Both the position numbers and the translations under genes were made by a program. Of a stretch of DNA of 64,000 bases, positions 1 to 6,853 are shown in pieces (the first letter of the stretch is position 1; each line of letters begins with the position of its first letter). The stretch lies in the IMG/VR virus record IMGVR_UViG_3300020421_000003; one strand, given 5' to 3'. This stretch comes from a virus. The notes under the pieces were generated by a model, which was not told where the DNA came from, did no database searches, and saw only the letters and a list, made by a program, of their open reading frames with translations.

Positions 1-224
1 TAAGTTTTTGCTTGCTCAATCATTTCGTCAGCTGTCTCGGCAACCACCTCCGTGGAGACGCTGATAAGGTCTGGACATTCTTTAAGTAGTCTTGATGCTA
101 CATTATAAAGGGTGTCACCCGATCTCAAAATCAATGTCGGATTTGTAGTGACGCCATCAATCAACCCCGTGCTGTATGCCTTCTTAATTTCAGAGACATC
201 AGCAGTATCTAAAAAGATTTTCAT
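1..224 (-). CDS. talC: Transaldolase TalC (5' part, truncated by window edge)
   Basis: Manual translation, not in the ORF track: MKIFLDTADVSEIKKAYSTGLIDGVTTNPTLILRSG...SVSTEVVAETADEMIEQAK. This matches the TalC/FSA N-terminal motifs (FLDTAD, GVTTNP, VSxEV). The ATG lies 3 nt after the petE stop. Confidence 0.93.
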   Translation of the reverse strand, partial: MKIFLDTADVSEIKKAYSTGLIDGVTTNPTLILRSGDTLYNVASRLLKECPDLISVSTEVVAETADEMIEQAKT

Positions 225-227
225 AAT

Positions 228-551
228 TTAGTTAACGTGAATAACGCCTGTCATACCAGCGCCTTGGTGAGGACCACAAAAGAATTCATAATCGCCTGCA
301 TCTGCAAACGTAATCTCCTGAGTTTCTCCAGGATTGAACATGAGTGATTCTCTGCTGAGGTCAGCACGACCTTCAACAATGATGTTGTGTGGGGGGAGCA
401 TACCATTTGTAAACGTGATGGTGTCCCCAGCGGAAATTGTAATATCGTTAGGCTCAAAAATGAGATTTCCGTTTGATCCCATTGTAACTTCTACTGCCCA
501 CGTTGGCAACGCGAGGAATAACGAAGCAAATAAAACTATGAAAAACTTCAT
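228..551 (-). CDS. petE: Plastocyanin (auxiliary metabolic gene)
   Basis: Signal peptide (MKFFIVLFASLFLALPTWA), FEP..ITI.AGDT.TF.N, and type-1 Cu ligands in PPHN and FFCGPHQGAGM. Confidence 0.96.
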   Translation of the reverse strand: MKFFIVLFASLFLALPTWAVEVTMGSNGNLIFEPNDITISAGDTITFTNGMLPPHNIIVEGRADLSRESLMFNPGETQEITFADAGDYEFFCGPHQGAGMTGVIHVN

Positions 552-571
552 ATGCTATTTGTGTAACTGTA

Positions 572-599
572 GTTATGTAGGGGGTTTATCCCCCATAAC
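572..599. promoter_or_regulatory. Intergenic hairpin upstream of petE
   Basis: GTTATG-TA-GGGGG-TTTAT-CCCCC-ATAAC dyad. It overlaps late-promoter-like variants (CATAACTA / CTACATAA on the minus strand). Confidence 0.35.
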
Positions 600-604
600 C
601 ACCC

Positions 605-892
605 TCAAATGTCAAGGTCTCGTAACTGTTTCATAGCGTCAGTTTTGCCCTTCAACATGCCGTCAATATACCCTGCTCTATACTCCCAAGTCTGACCACC
701 TTCTTTCCCTTTCTTGGGATTGATGCATTGTGCATCACCATACTTATTACATACCAGACCAGCAAGATCCAACTCTGAAGAGTCAGATGATGCTCCAGTC
801 CCACGCCAAACATGGACGCCATTGATCCACGTAGCACCACACTTCTCGCACTCTTTACGTTCCAACTTAAAGTCGGACAGTTCTTTAGTCAT
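605..892 (-). CDS. Hypothetical cyanophage protein with CxxC...C-x7-C (possible Zn binding)
   Basis: Clean ATG ORF packed between neighbours; contains CEKCGATW and DLAGLVCNKYGDAQCINP. Confidence 0.75.
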   Translation of the reverse strand: MTKELSDFKLERKECEKCGATWINGVHVWRGTGASSDSSELDLAGLVCNKYGDAQCINPKKGKEGGQTWEYRAGYIDGMLKGKTDAMKQLRDLDI

Positions 893-895
893 GAT

Positions 896-1165
896 TTAAC
901 AATTCCAAGCTCTAAGTGATTTGTTTATTCTACTATCTGGATCGCTCGCTGTCTTCTTAGATGTGAGTTTCCTCTTCATCCCACTCATTCGCGCACAAAA
1001 ACTCGCTCTACGAGGGTTCCCAACTTTCTTTGAAGGTGCCTTAAGATCGCTTCCTGGGTTTTCACGCTCATACGACTTCCGCCCTTTTTCATTTAGTCCT
1101 CCTTCAGAGTTTTTGCCTGACTTTTTCTGCCAGTCTTCAGTAATGAATTCATTAAAGGATTTCAT
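896..1165 (-). CDS. Small basic protein (DUF6321-like), putative internal head protein
   Basis: N-terminus MKSFNEFITE resembles the T4 IPII/IPIII capsid-targeting sequence MKTYQEFIAE. Contains the GKN..GGLN.KG...RRASFCARM...SRIN.SLR.WNC motif. Confidence 0.75.
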   Translation of the reverse strand: MKSFNEFITEDWQKKSGKNSEGGLNEKGRKSYERENPGSDLKAPSKKVGNPRRASFCARMSGMKRKLTSKKTASDPDSRINKSLRAWNC

Positions 1166-1287
1166 TCTTCTGTATTGTTAGGGTTATTGGCACAATTTGC
1201 CTCGTGCTTTTCCAACCACGTCTTAGGACGCTGGTGTCCAACAGGCACCGTGATGCCACAGTAACGACACTTCTTAGTTTCAGCCAT
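1162..1287 (-). CDS. 41-aa Zn-finger-like protein (CRYC...H...C)
   Basis: MAETKKCRYCGITVPVGHQRPKTWLEKHEANCANNPNNTEE. ATG at 1287 follows GGAG; ATGA overlap with the downstream gene. Confidence 0.6.
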   Translation of the reverse strand: MAETKKCRYCGITVPVGHQRPKTWLEKHEANCANNPNNTEE

Positions 1288-3373
1288 AATGATAAGCTCC
1301 TTTAGTAGTTTTCTTAGGTAGTTTGCCACCTCTAGCTTTGGTGCCAGAAGTTTCACCATACCCTTCAGGGTGTTTGCCTGCTTTAGTCTTACCAATAGAG
1401 TCAGACTTTGCCTTGCTACCCTTCTCAGTATAGTGAAGTTTAGCAGACTTGTCCTTGTCCTTGGTGATCACGGATTCTTGACCGTGCTTGCGTCCCATGC
1501 GACGCATAACTTTACCGAATCTGCGCTTGCTCATCTTATCAGGTTTTGAGGTCTGATAGGACACTTCGCGTCCAGTTTCTCCACTGTCATACTTATACTC
1601 ACCGACACCTTTCTTGTGTCCGATGCCATGCTTCTTTAGATCCTTTTCGAGTCCTTTACGACCCTCACGATTCTTTTTTTCGTCGGACCCCCTGTCAGCA
1701 CTGATGTGTCCAGTAACCTGAGTCTTTGACTTATGCATCATGCGACCAGTGGCATTACCTTCTGCAAGGAATGCACTGAATGAAAGTGTAGTCACTTCCT
1801 CACGCTTGATACCACCAATCTTATCGATTGCTTTACCGATTGCCTTACCGATCTTGTCGCGCTTACGCTCTTTGGGTTTGACGTTAGCACCTGCCTTAGC
1901 AAGACGCTCACGAGCAGTGCTACCACTCTTCATATAAGAAGATGCACCAGACTTTGCTGCCTTCTGACGCTTGGAATAGTCCATGTAGGACTCACCCTTC
2001 TTCAGTTTCTTGGGATCTTCTTTTGGTTTAGATGCTGCAGCACGATCTTCACGAGCACGAGCATTAGCACCAGGACCACCCAACTTACGATCCTTCTCAG
2101 GATCTGGATGCCACATGTCAGCACGCTCAATGACAGTCTCTTCACCCATTCTGCGTGCTACGTTACGAGCACCACGAGACAGGGATCTTGCACCAGCACC
2201 AACTGCTTTCTTGATACCACGCTTCAGTTTGCTACCAATTCTGCTGAGCAGACCAGGCTTCTTAGGACCTGAATCGCTGCTGCTAGAAGAGGAGTCACTG
2301 CTGCTAGAGGAAGAAGAAGATGAAGTAGTGGGATTAGAAGGGGTAGTCTCAGAATCGGAAGACGATTGGGTGGACTTGTAACCACTCTTAGCGGCACTAC
2401 CCATGTCTTTCGCGAGATTTTTCGCGTGTCCTGCTGCCTTACCAGCAACTTCAGCACCCTTGACAGCACCTTTACGTGCCAGTTTAGCGCCAGTCTTAAG
2501 ACCAGACTTCAGTGCAGACCCAACCTTCTGAGCAGCACTCTTAACTTTGGCAAGTTTATCGGATCTCGATGAAGATCCACTTCCGATACGACTCCTTGCT
2601 TCAGCACCTGCATCCTTACCAGCACTCTGACCTTGACCAGAAGCAGCAGATGCCTTGTCCTTCAAGCGAAGAGCATTGACCTTAGCAGGACTGGTGACCT
2701 CAGTAAGTAAACTCAGTGAGTAGTCAACAGACTCACAGAGCATCTCTGTGACGTGATCAATATCTCTACCTTCTGCCATCTCCTCAACGAAGACTTCTGC
2801 CACGATCTCTTCAATAAGAGTATCGCTAAGGAGTGAAACCTCCCAATCATTCAACTCAGCAAAGATATCAACTTGATCGAAGACACCTTCTTTCTGTAGT
2901 TTGGCAGCTCTCTTTGCCTTAGTCTTAGCAAGGATGCGTGCCTTTGCATCAGAAGCATCTTGCTTGGAAATCATTTTCACTGCGCCAACCTTCTGGTCAA
3001 CGTCACCAGGAGCATAACCTTCCACTTCAAGAGTCTTAGGATAATCCTTGTCACCTTTCTTAGCAGGTTTTTCACCACGCTTACGCTTGGCATGAATGTT
3101 TGCCCAGAGACCTTTCTTACCTTCTTCCAGGTCAGTCTCTTCTTTCTTAGTATTCATGATGGCACCCTTGCCATGCTTAGCAGTGATGTCTGCCTTCACT
3201 TTCTCAAGTGCAGACATACCATCGTAGTTGGATTTCTTCTTACCAAATGTATTTGGTTTACCAACAGGTGCTTTACTACTACGAGCTCCCATACCACCAC
3301 GCTCTAGTTGGCGGTCTTTCATCCTGTCGTAGTCTTCCTCACTGAGGGCAGCGATTTGTGAAAAGGATTTCAT
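1280..3373 (-). CDS. 697-aa Lys-rich modular protein, putative internal head polyprotein with a C-terminal SAM-lyase-like domain
   Basis: MKSFSQ... start, repeated (L/I/V)-X-E sites between modules, poly-Ser tract, and C-terminal ISADR..N..GEY..E.S..GQESV motifs. Confidence 0.7.
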   Translation of the reverse strand: MKSFSQIAALSEEDYDRMKDRQLERGGMGARSSKAPVGKPNTFGKKKSNYDGMSALEKVKADITAKHGKGAIMNTKKEETDLEEGKKGLWANIHAKRKRGEKPAKKGDKDYPKTLEVEGYAPGDVDQKVGAVKMISKQDASDAKARILAKTKAKRAAKLQKEGVFDQVDIFAELNDWEVSLLSDTLIEEIVAEVFVEEMAEGRDIDHVTEMLCESVDYSLSLLTEVTSPAKVNALRLKDKASAASGQGQSAGKDAGAEARSRIGSGSSSRSDKLAKVKSAAQKVGSALKSGLKTGAKLARKGAVKGAEVAGKAAGHAKNLAKDMGSAAKSGYKSTQSSSDSETTPSNPTTSSSSSSSSSDSSSSSSDSGPKKPGLLSRIGSKLKRGIKKAVGAGARSLSRGARNVARRMGEETVIERADMWHPDPEKDRKLGGPGANARAREDRAAASKPKEDPKKLKKGESYMDYSKRQKAAKSGASSYMKSGSTARERLAKAGANVKPKERKRDKIGKAIGKAIDKIGGIKREEVTTLSFSAFLAEGNATGRMMHKSKTQVTGHISADRGSDEKKNREGRKGLEKDLKKHGIGHKKGVGEYKYDSGETGREVSYQTSKPDKMSKRRFGKVMRRMGRKHGQESVITKDKDKSAKLHYTEKGSKAKSDSIGKTKAGKHPEGYGETSGTKARGGKLPKKTTKGAYHYG

Positions 3374-3400
3374 GTGCTTCTCTTTCTTTAATTAGTGTGA

Positions 3401-3934
3401 TCAACCACCAACCACTTGGACTTGCTCGACTACAACGTCGGCTCCTCCAGCAGTGAGTTTAACTGCACGCTTAAGTGCGGGGACAGTGCCTGCTGCAACC
3501 TTTGCAGTGCCCAGAGCATAATCAGCACTCGCTGCACTACTGTCATAGTCAGTAGTGATTGTGGTATCAGAAATTGCAGTTACTTTCTTACCACCAGATC
3601 CAGCAGATACAAAATCACTTGTAAACGCTGCATCACCGTTTGCTTCAGTTGCAATGAAGTCACCAACGGCAAACTTGTGTGCGGGGGTGCCACCACCAAG
3701 GACGGTGATAACAGCAGTTGCTGCATCAGTCATCGCATTGATTTGGGCATTCTTTGCTTTACCGCAAGACAGGAGCAGTGCTTCACCTGCTGCAAGCGTT
3801 ACGGCAGGACCGTCATCAATCTTAATTGTTGATGCGGATGCTGCATAGCAGCGGAGGACACCTGACTTCACCACAACGTAGCCATTGCCACTTGCAGAAA
3901 TGGTTTGGGTGTCAATGACATTTAATACTGACAT
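3401..3934 (-). CDS. Hypothetical virion structural protein (beta-rich)
   Basis: Ala/Gly/Thr-rich; GGAG RBS; preceded by late promoter GATAAATA. Confidence 0.7.
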   Translation of the reverse strand: MSVLNVIDTQTISASGNGYVVVKSGVLRCYAASASTIKIDDGPAVTLAAGEALLLSCGKAKNAQINAMTDAATAVITVLGGGTPAHKFAVGDFIATEANGDAAFTSDFVSAGSGGKKVTAISDTTITTDYDSSAASADYALGTAKVAAGTVPALKRAVKLTAGGADVVVEQVQVVGG

Positions 3935-3957
3935 TGTTAATACGTACTCCTACGATT

Positions 3958-4413
3958 CTATTTATCGCGTTGTTGTTTTAGAAACTTGGCGAGATCTGCT
4001 GTGCTACCTACAAACATTGTATTATTTGTAGTGTTAACTTCTTTGGACTTTTTGGGATTTTCTATATCGTTGACTTTCTTTTGAAGATCTACGAGTTTAT
4101 CCGCCACGTCGCCAACGTGCTTGATCAATTGACCAGCAACCTCAAACGCACGAGGTTGATCGGATTGTTGTGCTAACTCAAGAATTCCATCTACTGCTTC
4201 CTGACCTTTTTCAATCAGGGAGTATAGATTGCCACGAGTATACTCATAGTCTTTCTTCAGTTGATCCTGACTAGAGACGGGATTCTCTACAGGCACAATA
4301 GGTTCAGGTTTTGCTTCAGGGACGATTTCGCTAGCGACATCGAGTGCTTCCTCAATGCCGTCAAACTTACTCGTCTTGTCCTGTGACTGGGTTGTAATCT
4401 TTTGCATCGACAT
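3958..4413 (-). CDS. gp16: Terminase small subunit gp16 (start uncertain: 4413/4407 ATG or 4374 ACG)
   Basis: DYEYTRGNLYSLIEKGQEA..GILELA..SDQPRAFEV.GQLIK and TNNTMFVGSTADL motifs; directly follows gp15. Confidence 0.92.
   Translation of the reverse strand: MSMQKITTQSQDKTSKFDGIEEALDVASEIVPEAKPEPIVPVENPVSSQDQLKKDYEYTRGNLYSLIEKGQEAVDGILELAQQSDQPRAFEVAGQLIKHVGDVADKLVDLQKKVNDIENPKKSKEVNTTNNTMFVGSTADLAKFLKQQRDK
3959..3966 (-). promoter_or_regulatory. T4-type late promoter (GATAAATA)
   Basis: 7/8 match to TATAAATA, overlapping the gp16 stop, ~25 nt upstream of the next ATG. Confidence 0.7.
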
Positions 4414-5164
4414 AATGAGATGAGAACTCGGAGAATCCAAAATCGTCCGTAGGATCTGCATTGAGCGGATCTGGTTGGACGGTGTAACGCAATTCCCGTG
4501 GTGCCTGACGGTCCACAGTAGTAGCGTAGTCCACCTGGACTTTCTTGATGACTTCGCCTGTTGCGTCGTTTACAGGACCGTACAGGTAGGTCTTAGCAAC
4601 GAATTGCAGCGTATATACAAGTGTGCGACGTGTGTCGTAATCACCCTCATATTCATCGCTGTAATCCACTGACGTAAGAGTCACAGGATAGTCTCTTTTC
4701 TCACCGAGATCTGGGACCAGATTCATGGTGAGGTTAAAACTTGGTTGGAAGTATGGAAGAATCTGCTCTAGGATTTGCAGAGAGTCATCCTGATTCTTTG
4801 CAAGGATTGCTAATTCAAAATTGATGTTATATGGCACGGGCATGAATGCCTTTGTATTAGTGCCGTCGCCCTTAGTATTTCTGATCGCAGAGATAGGTGA
4901 CAACTTCCTAGTAGGATCATAAGAGATACCACCGATCTCAAACGAAACTCTAGGGAGTGTGATCTGTGCCTGATCTTGTGTGGACAGGTCACCTACTTGA
5001 CGGAGACGTGCCAAGAATTTTTGCTTAGGACCATATGCAAGGGGCACCTTCATAACTTCAGTCTTCGATCCCTTAGTGCGACGAAGCTCGATGTTATTAA
5101 ACAGTGTGCCAAATCCGACAACTGTCTTTCTTATAATCTCGTGATATGTGTAAGTGCCTAGCAT
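4367..5164 (-). CDS. gp15: Tail sheath stabilizer / tail terminator gp15
   Basis: Y.YHEIIRKTVVGFGTLFNNI, VPLAYGPKQKFLARL, LPR.SFE, PVPYN..FEL, QILEQILPYFQP; gp13-14-15-16 synteny. Confidence 0.95.
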   Translation of the reverse strand: MLGTYTYHEIIRKTVVGFGTLFNNIELRRTKGSKTEVMKVPLAYGPKQKFLARLRQVGDLSTQDQAQITLPRVSFEIGGISYDPTRKLSPISAIRNTKGDGTNTKAFMPVPYNINFELAILAKNQDDSLQILEQILPYFQPSFNLTMNLVPDLGEKRDYPVTLTSVDYSDEYEGDYDTRRTLVYTLQFVAKTYLYGPVNDATGEVIKKVQVDYATTVDRQAPRELRYTVQPDPLNADPTDDFGFSEFSSHYVDAKDYNPVTGQDE

Positions 5165-6045
5165 TACAGAGTGCCTCCAGAATTACCAAACTCACCGAAG
5201 GGATTAACCTCAGTAAAGTCCAGAATGCCATCTGCCTGTGTCTCGATAGTATAGTTAGTATCGATCGTGTCAGAAGTATTCACATTATTTAGGGTGTTGT
5301 AGTTTGCACTTGTCCAGGATGCACTAGACACATCTCCAGTGATGGTCTCAGGAATGGTGAATCTACCGTCACGATTGATGACGATCAACTTACCAGTAGC
5401 AGAGTCCCAAGACTTCACATCAGCGGTAGTATTGGAGGTACCGCCCGTAACAGTCTCACCAACGGTAAAGTCTCCTGTCCCACCTGCAGACATGGTGACG
5501 GTGATAGCGTTGGCAAAGTTGAGCTCAATAGCATCGACCTCTGCGACGCCAGTGTCGAAGTCTTCATCAGAGTATTCAAAGAGCTCACAACGTAAACCCC
5601 AGACATGAATCTTTCCGAGTTGATAGAAGGGTATCTCGTGCTCAACGAATTGGATCTCGAAAGTTTTGTTAGCAAGGGGGAAATGTATGAGGTCACCTTC
5701 ATTGGGTCGTCCTTCTACTATAAGTGTATGGTTGTCGTCTACTACTTCAGTAAACCTAGTGCGTGAAATAATGAATGTAACTTGGTCGGAGATTCTGACT
5801 CCGAATTTGCTAAACATGTCACCGTCGCCACGAAAACCGTTAGCGTCTTCAATGTATGCTTCTAGAAGATATGCACCATCAAATTTTGATAAAGTATCTT
5901 CTCCGAAAACAGTGTCTTCATTAACTAACGTCCTCGGTATATAGTAGACATCCTTACCGAACATCTTAATCTGCTCGACCACTAGATCTCCTACAAGATC
6001 TTGCTCGCCTGTTGTGCCTTGAGTGAAGAAACTATTAGTTGCCAT
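5164..6045 (-). CDS. gp14: Neck protein gp14
   Basis: EQ.L..DLV.EQIKMFG.DVYYIPR, SKFG...D...F.ISR.RF, RPNEGDLI.FP, FYQLGK, CELFEYSDE, DFTE.NPFG. Confidence 0.95.
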   Translation of the reverse strand: MATNSFFTQGTTGEQDLVGDLVVEQIKMFGKDVYYIPRTLVNEDTVFGEDTLSKFDGAYLLEAYIEDANGFRGDGDMFSKFGVRISDQVTFIISRTRFTEVVDDNHTLIVEGRPNEGDLIHFPLANKTFEIQFVEHEIPFYQLGKIHVWGLRCELFEYSDEDFDTGVAEVDAIELNFANAITVTMSAGGTGDFTVGETVTGGTSNTTADVKSWDSATGKLIVINRDGRFTIPETITGDVSSASWTSANYNTLNNVNTSDTIDTNYTIETQADGILDFTEVNPFGEFGNSGGTL

Positions 6046-6046
6046 G

Positions 6047-6847
6047 TTATCCGATCATGTCTAGAGGTGGTAATTCCCATTCGGTGCGTAGTTTCTCTTC
6101 TAGTATCTTGAGCTCATCTACAGCATCGTTATAAATCATCTCACCATTTAGAGACACGCCACCTGGCATTTGGACTCCAGTAAATTTGGTAAGATTGCTT
6201 CCCCATTGCTTTTTAATTTTGGCAGAGGCATAATCTTTGACCCACATCTGATTGTAAATCTCTGTCCATGTGTCTGGATTTAGAGCACGATATGCGTGGA
6301 TAACAATATACTGACCAACCAAAGCATCCATTGACCAGTCAAAGTCAATATACAATCTATCTTGCACAGCACTATATCTAACTGGTTTCATGCCTTCCAA
6401 CAGGAAGTCAATAGTTTCCAGGTGCTGCTGGACCATGTAGTAATTATAAAACTGAGTAGACGTGAAGTCATACAGATCATTCAGTCTCATCTGATAACGA
6501 ATATCAAACATATTCCTGGTGCCCTTATCGGTAAAACCGAAGAGACCTTCTACTGAGAGAATATGCTCAGGCATTTCAATATACCCATTTGCCTCTGCCC
6601 AGATATCATTACCACCATCAGACGTTGAGTTTGTGTTGGTCTTTGCTCTGTCAATGACATCCTGTGTCAACAGATGTTTCAGATAAACTTTCTCACATCC
6701 ATCATAATGAAACTGTTGAAATTTTTGTATCGTGTAGTCGATAGCATCATCAATCTGATCATCGGAGACATTGATCTCCAAGACTGGTTTACCCAGTCTA
6801 CGGAGGCAGTACTCCTTCAATTCTGCTTTAGAGGTAGGTTTTGCCAT
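6047..6847 (-). CDS. gp13: Neck protein gp13
   Basis: ELKEYCLRRLGKPVLEINV.DDQIDD, FHYDG, WVKDYA.A.IKKQWGSNL.KF.GVQMPGGV.LNG, ELPPLDMIG. Confidence 0.96.
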   Translation of the reverse strand: MAKPTSKAELKEYCLRRLGKPVLEINVSDDQIDDAIDYTIQKFQQFHYDGCEKVYLKHLLTQDVIDRAKTNTNSTSDGGNDIWAEANGYIEMPEHILSVEGLFGFTDKGTRNMFDIRYQMRLNDLYDFTSTQFYNYYMVQQHLETIDFLLEGMKPVRYSAVQDRLYIDFDWSMDALVGQYIVIHAYRALNPDTWTEIYNQMWVKDYASAKIKKQWGSNLTKFTGVQMPGGVSLNGEMIYNDAVDELKILEEKLRTEWELPPLDMIG

Positions 6848-6853
6848 TTGTTA

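Noticed and set aside
2270-2390. Poly-Ser tract as a variable microsatellite
   Set aside because: It is encoded by mixed Ser codons, so it is a low-complexity linker rather than a simple-sequence repeat.
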